DNA from: Setoptus koraiensis
Taxonomy: Eukaryota > Animalia > Arthropoda
Length of the DNA: 64,000 nt
NCBI GenBank assembly: GCA_048013815.1
Contig: CM106586.1
Location: 7,998,001-8,062,000 of the forward strand
Direction: 5' to 3'
This document shows, in pieces, positions 1 to 10,623 of this stretch (its first letter is position 1; every line of letters starts with the position of its first letter). The translations under genes and the position numbers were made by a program. The notes beneath the pieces are model-generated. The model did not search any database and was not told the origin of the DNA. It saw only the letters and a program-made list of their open reading frames with translations.

Positions 1-551
1 GACCGCCTTCAATGGTTTGCTTTACGCATTAATATGGTGCCGTCACACATCAACGAAGTCCACGTACCTCCTATTCGAATACGATCCTGGCACTGACACG
101 TAAGTATTTGATATCCATCATTGAGTTTGTTCGCAGCAAATTGTCAACATTGTATAACACTCATATATTTTCGCTTCGTTTTCAACCTGAACCAGTTGGT
201 CACTCTCGCCCATTAAAATTCCCGGCGATCTTTCAGATGAAATTCGTCTTTTAGCATTTTGAAACCAGCTCATCGAATGTGACGCATAGGCTAATTTATA
301 CTTGTGATGCACATTGGCAACGAATAACCATGGATATTTGATGAATGTCTGATTTACGGAATCCGATCGATTATTGAGAACATGAGAAAACTTTAAAACT
401 TGACAACAAACTGATATTTTTCTCTATGGTGCCATCTCTCATCAGAGTGGCCCCGATTCTTTATCAGCCAATCTGAACTATCTCGCTGTTGTGAATCGAC
501 GTTGATTGTGTTGTGACAATTCAGCTATGCCGCCATATAGAGGGTGGAAAC
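1..551 (+). repeat. Direct segmental duplicate of ~9879..10434 (Kelch 3' end, intron and 3' flank)
   Basis: Near-identical sequence by eye, e.g. 'cctggcactgacacgtaagtatttgatatccatcattgagtttgttcgcagc' and 'tcatcagagtggccccgatt' occur in both; offset about 9878. Confidence 0.95.
2..262 (+). CDS. 3' end of a Kelch-repeat gene (array copy 1, 5' part outside window); join(<2..99,196..262)
   Basis: Frame from nt 2 reads TAFNGLLYALIWCRHTSTKSTYLLFEYDPGTD, nearly identical to the end of ORF 8158..9981. A GTAAGT donor at 100 and CAG acceptor at 193-195 restore the Kelch Trp (YDPGTDT-WSLSPIKIPGDLSDEIRLLAF*). Confidence 0.85.
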
Positions 552-736
552 TTGGTTTTGATGTATTCTTCTCAGCTGCTAATATATCTTTGGGATAAGC
601 AATCCAATCTGATCATGCACATAAGCCCTTTAGAAAGTGTCAGAAAGTGTTAACTCCTTGAAGGTCAAAAGGACACAAAAGGAGACTAGCAAAACGGTTT
701 CAAGGCCAAAAGTATGACGTCATAGATACGTCACTA

Positions 737-928
737 ATTAAGCATCTGCATCTGTCTATCTATCATTTCTCAGGAATGTTCAGCACTCACTATAAATACG
801 AGCGAAATCTCCATATATTATGCACTTGTACGTTAGCCTTCATATAGTGAACATATACCTACATCGAAGTACGCATACATAGTCCAATCTGTACTCTACT
901 TTCTAACTCTCACAGTGGTTAAGGTGGT
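737..928 (+). repeat. ~190-bp TATA-containing segment, present in inverted orientation at 10432..10623
   Basis: The reverse complement of 10432-10623 matches 737-928 with few substitutions (attaagcatctgcatctgtctatctatcattt...ctaactctca(c/t)agtggtt(a/g)aggtggt). TATAAATA at 791-798. Confidence 0.9.
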
Positions 929-3042
929 CGGTTTCTGGTCTTTGTCTGGTTTCTACACGACAAACAGCATGTTAATGGTATATCAACTTTTTATTGACTT
1001 GCTATCATATAGAAGATGAGAAGAATACTTCGAAATCAAGTTTTCACTTTCTTTCTTCTTCAACTCATCTTCTACATCCGGATTCCATGGGGCTCAACAT
1101 GATGACTAATTTACTGCATTGGGGCACGTTTCATCACTCAATTGCGACATTGTTGATAATGCATTGATTGGCAACACTATTTGGCTGTGAAACAGTTGAT
1201 CAGTCTCAATTTTTCGGCCCATTTAACTCTATCACTGTATCATATTTCATCGATATAGCAGATGTTTTTTCCATGAATTGATGCTCGTGCAAGCGAATCT
1301 CTGATTTTGATCATCCATATCTGGTGAGATATCGTATACATTAGCAAGTCTAGATATGAAATGACAGGAAATGATGCAAAACATTTCTTATCGGATTCTG
1401 ATGGAGGACCGGGATGGCACAAACAGGCCAAATAAGAGACAAACGCCCCCTCTGATAGTCCATTGATTGTGATTTCCATCCCTCATCGAGCTGCAGGGAG
1501 AAGACACTTCGCGAGAATCGTTTGACCCGATGATAGTTGTCTCTCAATTTTGCACGATGCACCCATTGTTTCGAATGATGGAGAAATGTTTGTCTGTTTT
1601 CTCGTTTAACCCTTTTATTGCCCCATTGCAGACCAATTTATTACTAATAGATTTTTCGAGCGACAACAAAATCGAAAAAGACGGAATGCAAGAGAGTCTG
1701 TCTTGTATTCTATCATACACGATTCGTACCTGACACATTGTCGCAAAAAGAATTGCGTTTATCAGTGTGCCCGTGTCTTGGATGAGAGAAATCACAGAAA
1801 GAATCGCAATCAACACCACATACAACGGTGCACTGTGGAAGCTCGGTGCACCCTTTCGGTCAAGAGATGAACTTTTAACGAGCATCCATTAGTCGACGCT
1901 TTTAACGACCGTCCATTGGTTAACACTTTCAATTTGAAAGTTTCAAATGATCCATGTTGCTACGATGTAAATGGTATGGATCAGTGATACACTGTGATGC
2001 AGTTGCGCACACAATCTCAACCATTGCAAAACTGTTGCTGCTTTCAAATATCCTTCTAGAATATTCCACGCGATTGGGCAGCAATGAGGCATAGGCCATG
2101 AACAGTTTGCCTTTCTTGCTCCAACAAACTATCAATATCGTAGCTGACAGCGACTAATTACTGTCGGCTCCTAATTATTGTAAGCCTCTAATAGCATCGC
2201 GATCCATTGTACGAAATATGCCAGAGCCGTTTTTTATTGCTTTATTATTTCACGCACTGGTGTTAAATTTCAATCGGACTAGCCCTAGTGCCGTGATAGT
2301 GTCATAGTATAACGCGCTGTCCGACTGTCTTGATTTGGTGCCGCAATTATGTATCTCGAACCCGACGAAACTCAGCCAAACCACCTATCGTTGGGCCACA
2401 ACAGACAGGCTATCTGTTGCAGTGTATTTATTGAGTCGACGTATCGCCGACACAAACCAATCTCGTTCAATGTGGACGAGCAAAACGTTAATCTTTCGCT
2501 CTACTCGCTCTATTCGCTCTATGCAGTTTGTTCTGCTCGATCGCGGCAAAACATATTTGCACGATTGATTGCTCACGGGAATCAAGATGCTACATCTTGA
2601 TAAGTCGAGCTAACGCAACATCTTCCCAGCCTGGCAAGTATCAAATTGTGAATCATGTTTTACAGCCAAGGTAGATAGATTACATTGTGAGATAAGATTG
2701 TTTGTTCTCGTGTACGCGCATCGTGTATCAGCGCCAACTGGCGACTTGTTAGTAACGAGGCGCCAATAGGACAAACAAATCTGCTGGGCTATCATTTCGG
2801 TCACCGATGCGCTGCTAGCAGCAATACAACTGCCGTGCATACAACTCGACCATTTCCAGCACTCGGACAAGAAAAACGAAGAAAGTGAAATTTGATATTT
2901 TAAAACCCATTTAATATTATAAACCCCTAAATGTTATAAAACCCAACAGTATGACCGATATTTGCCCACATCTATCCACTGATTTTTCATCCAGCGCAAT
3001 CCGGCCAACAATCATCACTGCATTTGTCGCGACACTCAAGAT

Positions 3043-6000
3043 ATGCATGCCTCACATTCTAGAAATATGCACTGCGGATTGACCGTTGTTCAACCAAATC
3101 ATGGCTGCTCCAAATGGCCCCAAATCACGCAACTGCCAGTGCACAAACTTCAAATGCTCGACATAGACCAAGAACTGGACGCCATCAATGGCTTCACGTA
3201 TCATTACTTATCGTCCCATAATCAAACAAACTTTCTCAAAGAGATCGGCCACATTTCCATGTGCCGCGAAGAATTGAGACGAGACAACGAAACTCGCCGA
3301 CATCCCTTGATTGGTAACATCATAGAGCCCATTCTGCCATTGGTGCGCAATTTCAGACAATGGCAAACGACATCAACTGATCCGAGAGACACCTTCGAAA
3401 CGGTGCGATCAAAAATAGACAGGCCACCATGCGAGAATCATAGACACTTTCCGAGAATGTGGAGCTGTTATCGAGCTATAGCGGCCTTCATTATCGCACA
3501 GTGTCCAGAAGGATTGCAGCGCCTGACAGACAGGCAAGTGATTCAATCTACCAATAAAAGCGGCTCTCTGGGATGGCAAGAAAGGCTTGAGTTTGGCAAC
3601 AAATATGGCACTATGAGAGAATACATCGAAGACGTAGACCAGTGGAAATGTCGAGTGAATGAGCTCAAACAACATCTTTCGATGGGCGTCAGCAAGAATG
3701 GCATTTTCAGCATGACACCAAAGACCGAGGTGAAAGAATCGCAACGAGGCCGATTTATCTGGTCGTTGGGTGCCACCGGAAGAATCTACGAGAACATACT
3801 CTTTGGGAATTTTGACAATCTTCTGCGGGAGTTGCCGTATTGCGTTAGTGGAATCCCTCCGAATGATTTCGGGAATACAATCGACGATATTTTCACCCGC
3901 ATATCAAACCCCAGGGCAGTTTGCGACGACGTTTCGGGCTGGGACACCAGAGTCAGCTTCTCTATGTTGTGCATGGAGGCTGAATTTTTGCGATTGCTAA
4001 CTCACGACAAGCAGCACAAAGCGGAAATTCGAGCCATGTACAGACTGTATGCCTATCCTCTTGTTTGGATAGATAGACCGTCGTCATATAGCGACGATGG
4101 ACAAAATAGATATGACAAAGTTTTGTATCGTTTACAGGGCCAAGTGGCGTCTGGCCGTAGAGTGACCTACTCGATGAACACTGTCACCAATATCGTGGTC
4201 ACAATGTGTCGAGCTGCCTACAGCCAAGATGTTGACGAAAGTGACATGTATATTTGGACATTAAGTATGCTGATGAGCGGCCACTCGGAATTGTATGGCG
4301 GCAAAATATGTGGTGACGATTCGGTGATTATCATGAGCGAAGAAAATGCAAAAAAATATGCCAAGAAGGGGGCCAAGTTTATGAACGAAATTGGAATGCC
4401 CAGAAAGAATAAAAATCCCAACCAGCCGTCTGACATATTTGAGCGTATGCAGGACATAAACTTTTGCAGTCACATGTATTCACTGATTGAACTGCCCACG
4501 AGATCGAGAAGGGCAAACCTCTCGATGTGGGTCCCCAGAAGGAGCATAGGCGAGATATTGGCAAAGGCATCCATTATGAAAAATCACATTGAAGATAGAA
4601 TGATGCTGGTTTGGGCTAGGGCCCAGGGTCTCGGTCTTCTGGTCAAATATTTTCACATAGCAATCGTACGCTTGGTGGCACTGGCAATATTAAGTGCGAC
4701 ACCCAACGATCTCAGTTTTGATTGTTTGCCTGACAAGATGCGCAAAAGAAAGCCCTGGATTCGCGAGGGAGATGTCGTAGATATCATTAACAACTGTTTG
4801 TTTAGAGGCAAAATAGAAGGACATCGCATATCCAATATAAATGAGCTGGTCGCAATGAGAGTAATTCTCGGACGAGGAGAAACTTTTGACAGTCGGAGTG
4901 CCACTTATATCAATTGGCAAAGATCATTATTGGATATTGTTGAGGAATCAAGGCTACCCAACCAGCATTACGATGACTGGATTTCGGAGGCGATAATACA
5001 AGTGTCAGAACAAGAGCCGATTTACGCAATTTGTTGTCTCGCTATCGCGGAAGAGAGAGACGAAACCTTGGATGGTACAGTCATTGTCAATAAAAGGAGA
5101 ATTCCAGTCAGCAGGATCAAATTATCAGCTTGTTCGCCCATTTTCAAGTCGGCGTTCTCGGGAGGTCGCAAGGAGAAAGTATTCAAAGACGTGGATAGGG
5201 ACGCAATGGAGATGATCATAGATTTTGCCAACACAAGCCAACTGTCGATCACAAGTACAAATGTTGAGACTCTTCTCGCAACATCAACACGGCTACAAGT
5301 GCGCAGAATTCGCGCCGGATGTTTGGATTATCTGGAGCGTCATTTGGATGGCGATAATTGCGCAAAAATGCTCAATATAGCAGAGAAATTCTCCTGTGTG
5401 AGATTGTCAAAATTAACGAAAGAGTTCATAGCAGAGAATTTCGACCATGTTGCCATACGAGACGCTGATCTGCTGACTTTGAAGTATTCTCAATTGATGG
5501 ACATCATCAAATGCGGCAAGTTGAACTCACCAGCAACAACTGTCAGCAAGGCTGTCATGAGATGGTGCACTCATGACTATCTGAGATTTTGCAATGATCG
5601 TATCGAGCTGCTTCCTGATTTGTTGGAACACGTTCGCTGGTCTCAAATGGATTTGCATCAATTTACAAATATTTTCACTCATCCGTTGATCAAACGAAAC
5701 AAACGTTGTCGCGAATACATTCGTCGTGCCGCAATCAATATGTCGTCAAGCAATCAATCGGAGCTATCAATCAATATGATCACAATGGCACAACCTGGCA
5801 GGCGCCGTTGTCCTGCATCTTTGTATTTGTTTGCGACAGACACTAGTCGAGCGTATGTCAAAAGATTTAATGCCCACCTAAACGAATGGTTTGATTCAAT
5901 TGAACCGGAAACGCTTCACTCATCACGCTCATCATGCGAATGTGATCCGATCATTGTGCCAGCTCAAGATGTGATTTACATCATGGATCGTGCCATAAAC

Positions 6001-6813
6001 GATCGAACGGGCTCCATTGAGACTTATCATCCCGAACGAGGGACCGTCTATGAAGTGTCAGCTCTAAAACCTTACGACGGCTGGAGTTGTACTGCGGTCT
6101 TTCACCACAATTCGCTCTATTTCAACGATGCTCGAACAACGGATGGTATATACGAGAGTAGATTCCTCAAGTACTCGCTAGGTAAAAAGTATAAAAGATG
6201 GACAAGATGTACGCCCATGTCCTCAATGCAACATAGATGCGAATTGGTCAGTCTCAACAATTATATTTACTCCATAGGAGGCTACAGCTCCTCACCTCCA
6301 AATTTCACGAGAACTGTCGAACGCTATGATTCCACCACTGATCAATGGCGTTCGATAGCACCCATGGGCAAATTGAAAATATATGTTAAAGCAGAGGCTC
6401 TTCATGGATGCATTTACGTGATTGGGGAGGATTGTGCTCCAATGGATGAACCGTTTAGCTTCAGTGGAGAGAAATACAATCCACAAACTGACACTTGGAC
6501 ATGCATTTCGTCACCACCGATGATGGAATGTGGAGATATAATACTCAGTTTGAATGCATTTGACGGTTTGCTCTACGCACTAATTCGGACTGATGATTTA
6601 GATGACGATGATGGGGAGAAGCACAAATTATTAGCATACAACCCCGACACTGATACGTAAGTTTATTTTATCAATAGTTGAGTTTATTTTCGTCATTTTG
6701 GCAATATCTTCTAACACTAATACGTCCCTAATTTTTTCACCTGAATCAGATGGACAGTTTCGCGGATCACTCTCCCCGACGGAATTAATTTTCATTGTTT
6801 GCTAGCATTCTGA
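3043..6813 (+). CDS. Chimeric protein: flavi-like (jingmenvirus-like) NS5 RdRp domain fused to BTB-BACK-Kelch; join(3043..6656,6750..6813)
   Basis: One open frame. NS5 features: pre-A TSTDPRDTFETVRSKIDRPP, motif G-like KSGSLGW, F MTPKTEVK..RGRFIW, A CDDVSGWDTRVS (3922-), B QVASGRRVTYSMNT (4141-), C ICGDDSVI (GDD 4312-4320), E INFCSHMY, thumb PWIREGDVVDIINNCL, C-terminal WQRSLLDIVEESR. Then BTB (~5070-5370: RIKLSACSPIFKSAFSG...LQVRRIRAGCLDYL), BACK (NCAKMLNIAEKF...AVMRWCTHD) and Kelch repeats (YIYSIGG...VERYDSTTDQW; GEKYNPQTDTW). A GT..AG intron at 6657-6749 restores YNPDTDT-WTVSRITLPDGINFHCLLAF*. The 5' end is uncertain. Confidence 0.9.
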
Positions 6814-7018
6814 GGGCTGCCCTTGATCCAGAGTGATTAGTTTCGCGGATAATTTACAACTTTTAAAGAGATTCGAGTGCACAAATCGAGAAGTAAGACT
6901 AAAAACGAAGAGATTCCATGAATGTCTTGTACTAATGATGGTGTGGCAATTAAACATCTTGAGCTGCAATAGATTAGCTTGTGCGTTAAATTCAGTTTTT
7001 CCATCTTGTGTAACCGGG

Positions 7019-7518
7019 NNNNNNNNNNNNNNNNNNNNNNNNNNNNNNNNNNNNNNNNNNNNNNNNNNNNNNNNNNNNNNNNNNNNNNNNNNNNNNNNNN
7101 NNNNNNNNNNNNNNNNNNNNNNNNNNNNNNNNNNNNNNNNNNNNNNNNNNNNNNNNNNNNNNNNNNNNNNNNNNNNNNNNNNNNNNNNNNNNNNNNNNNN
7201 NNNNNNNNNNNNNNNNNNNNNNNNNNNNNNNNNNNNNNNNNNNNNNNNNNNNNNNNNNNNNNNNNNNNNNNNNNNNNNNNNNNNNNNNNNNNNNNNNNNN
7301 NNNNNNNNNNNNNNNNNNNNNNNNNNNNNNNNNNNNNNNNNNNNNNNNNNNNNNNNNNNNNNNNNNNNNNNNNNNNNNNNNNNNNNNNNNNNNNNNNNNN
7401 NNNNNNNNNNNNNNNNNNNNNNNNNNNNNNNNNNNNNNNNNNNNNNNNNNNNNNNNNNNNNNNNNNNNNNNNNNNNNNNNNNNNNNNNNNNNNNNNNNNN
7501 NNNNNNNNNNNNNNNNNN
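7019..7518. other. Assembly gap (500 N)
   Basis: Run of exactly 500 N, probably a placeholder size. ORFs in the track spanning it are artefacts. Confidence 1.
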
Positions 7519-8157
7519 ATTATTATTTGTTTTTTTTTGTCTATTTTTCTCACCTAATATCACCACCTTCCGACCTTAATAAACTCGCCACAGTCTTACC
7601 TGTGCTCATGTATCAATAATCCAGCAAAACAGTCGCTTACTGTTACTCAACTACTTTTGCATTACTCGAATGATTGGATATATCTGTTCAATGTACTGTA
7701 ATTGTTAAAACATGTAGCCCAAAAACATCGAAGCTTGTCTCGTGTCTAACTAACACACTCTATTCTGTCGTATCGATGTGGTGGATGTTTTCTCATCTCA
7801 AGATCGTGAACACAATCTTTTAATCTTTGACTATTCTATTTGGTCGATCATTATCTGTTGTGGTAGGTTTAGCCACAAAGAAGGGCTAAATTACATTATG
7901 TGACAAATTCAAAACAACGGCATTGTAGGTGGCTTGCAAAGTCAGATAAGATATAATCATTTTCATCGCTCTTCTCGCTGAGCACAGCACTACACTGAAT
8001 CTAAACATAACTAGGAAGCTTTTTAGTTGCATCGTCCTTTAATATTGGACAATCCACTTATTAATATATCAAATTATACACTAATTTGTCCATGTGTGTA
8101 CCATTTTTTTGACCGATTCATACCGGCATCTATGCTGTTGTTGTAACATTTTTCAAT

Positions 8158-10140
8158 ATGGACACTCCGGAAATCGAATACATATTTGAGACAGCCGTCC
8201 AATGGTGTGACATTATTTTCTCTCACCGCAACGGTGATAGCTGTCAAGGCGTGCTGGCAAATAGGGGTTCCAGCAAGAAAGAAGCAGCAATGGCCCTTGG
8301 TCTGGCCAAAGCACGAGCACTCGATATGCTCGTCAAGTATATGCACATACCGATAATACGCTCGATGGGGCTGTCAATTTTGAGTTGTACATCAAACAAT
8401 ATCGGCCCTGATAATCCACCCGAGGAGATGGAGAAAAAGAACCCATGGATTTTGAAACGAGATATGATAGGCACCGTTCGAAATTGTTTCTTTGGAGACA
8501 AAACACTCGAACAGCTTACGCCGTGCCTGATTGATCTGGCCGCAACAAACATACTGTTCGAACAAGATACAACTTCCGACGACCAAATGCCCATTTCTAT
8601 CGATGAGCAGAAATCTCTTCAGAATCTTGTCAAGCACTGGAGTGAGCCACCTAGCATTGAGCATAATTTGGATGTATCTAATTGCATAAGTCTACACATA
8701 TTGGCGCAAAAGTTTTCATCTGAGGATTTGTCGAAATCTACGAGAGAGTTTATTGTGGAGAATTTCGACGATGTTGCCAAACAAGATGCATTTGTGATAT
8801 TAGAGTCAGGTCAATTGATTGAAATTATTAAATGTGACAATCTGAAATCTTCTGCAGCAACTGTGTACGAGGCTATCGTAAAATGGTGCAATCATGATTC
8901 TGGTATCGATCGTCGGAAGCTCCTTGCCGATATACTGCAACATGTTGATTTCTCGCAAATGGAGCCTGATTATCTCGTCGACATTTCTAACGATCCGTTG
9001 ATTGACGATGACAAACGATGTCGTAAGTACATTAGACACGCTATGATTCGATTGCTTCCCAGCAAACAAACTACATCGAGCAGCTCTACTTCTCGAGAAA
9101 ACATGGATAAAGAACAGTCCTCAGAAAGCTGCAGAGGGATTTCATTGTATTTGGTTACGGGAGAGTCCAGTAGAGAAAATTTTCTCAAGCAATACGATGC
9201 CGCTATAAATCATTGGATAGATATAAAATATATAATATCCAATATATCAACCAATAATAATCCACATATAAGTATGGTAAGTGACGCATTGTTCATCTGC
9301 GATTGGTTGTGGAAACCCAGAGAAATCTATCATCCTAAGATATTCTACCGACATACATTGCCACCCCCCAGATGTCACACTCACCTGATGTATACTAGTG
9401 GTGCAGTCGCTCACCTTGGTTCGCTGTACTTGAACATCACTGATCGGAACCAGAAGGAATATAAATGCGAATTTCTAAAATATTCTCTCGAGGATGAGAA
9501 GTGGATCGCCCGCAGCACCATGCAAACTCAACTTTGCGAACAGCAATTGGTCAGCTTGAACAATTACATTTATGCAATTGGGGGAAGTAGCTCTCTGGCA
9601 CCTACAAACACTGTCATGTGCTATGATCCTTCAACTGATCAATGGCAAGCGCGGGCACGAATGCTCAAAGCGAAAGAGAAATTAAAAGTTTCAGCATTTC
9701 AAGGACTTATTTATGCAGTAGGACTTGCAATAGATTGTGATACCGTTGAGCACTATCGCTATAGCGGAGAAAAGTACGATCCACACATCGACACTTGGAC
9801 GCGCATAGCATCTCTGGATTGCGAATTACTCTCAAAAGAGCTAACAGAAAGTGTTAAAAGTGTGTATATTGTCAGTTTGACCGGCTTCAATGGTTTGCTT
9901 TACGCATTAATAAGGTGCGATCACACAGAAACGGGGCACACGTTCCTCCCATTCGAATACGATCCTGGCACTGACACGTAAGTATTTGATATCCATCATT
10001 GAGTTTGTTCGCAGCAAATTGTCAACATTGTGTAACACTCATACATTTCCGCTTCATTTTCAACCTGAACCAGTTGGTCACTCTCGCCCATTAAAATTCC
10101 CGGCGGTCTTTCAGCTGAAAGTCGTTTTTGGGCAGTTTGA
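8158..10140 (+). CDS. Paralogue: NS5 thumb/C-terminal fragment fused to BACK-Kelch, BTB largely deleted; join(8158..9977,10074..10140)
   Basis: LVKYMHIPIIRSMGLSILSCTSNN...PWILKRDMIGTVRNCFF aligns without gaps to LVKYFHIAIVRLVALAILSATPND...PWIREGDVVDIINNCLF of the 3043 gene (25/55 identical). It then joins directly to IEHNLDVSNCISLHILAQKFS (BACK start) and Kelch repeats (YIYAIGG, GEKYDPHIDTW). An intron at 9978-10073 gives YDPGTDT-WSLSPIKIPGGLSAESRFWAV*. Confidence 0.88.
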
Positions 10141-10431
10141 AACCAGCTCATCTGATGTGACGCATAGACCAATTTATACTTGTAGGCAATGCACATTGGC
10201 AACGAATAACCATGGATATTTGATGAATGTCTGATTTACGGAATCCGATCGATTATTGAGAACATGAGAAAACTTTAAAACTTGACAGCAAACTGATATT
10301 TTTCTCTATGGTGCCATCTCTCATCAGAGTGGCCCCGATTTTTTCTGAGCCAATCTGAACTATCTCGCTGTTGTGAACCGACGTTGATTGTGTTGTGACA
10401 ATTCAGCTATGCCGCCGTATAGAGAGTGAAA

Positions 10432-10623
10432 ACCACCTCAACCACTATGAGAGTTAGAGAGTAAAGTTGAGATTGGACTATGTATGCGTGCTACGATGTA
10501 GGTATATGTTTGCTATATGAAGGCTAACGCACAAGTGCATAATATATGGAGATTTCGCTCGTATTTATAGTGAGTGCTGAACATTCCTGAAAAATGATAG
10601 ATAGACAGATGCAGATGCTTAAT
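10432..10623 (-). promoter_or_regulatory. Inverted copy of the 737..928 segment; TATA box on minus strand facing the Kelch 3' end
   Basis: TATTTATA at 10562-10569 (TATAAATA on minus). Repeat identity is seen directly; promoter function is inference. Confidence 0.35.

Noticed and set aside
1240-2135. Minus-strand ORF fragments with hydrophobic stretches (APLYVVLIAILSVISLIQDTGTLINAILF; LLPNRVEY) faintly like an APC/SLC7 transporter or a viral membrane protein
   Set aside because: I could not assemble a consistent spliced frame and the resemblance is too weak. tBLASTx would settle it.
2349-2600. 83-aa ORF with ISFNVDEQ...SARS...IF, vaguely like a BTB N-terminus upstream of the fusion gene
   Set aside because: Only scattered residues match, a micro-repeat interrupts it, and no splice path to 2995 was established.
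3043-6813. Idea that this is a contaminating RNA-virus genome or a virus-captured Kelch gene
   Set aside because: The Kelch half has a conserved spliceosomal intron, paralogues flank it, and it is embedded among host genes.
6802-7579. Long ORFs across the N run
   Set aside because: Artefacts of translating the assembly gap.
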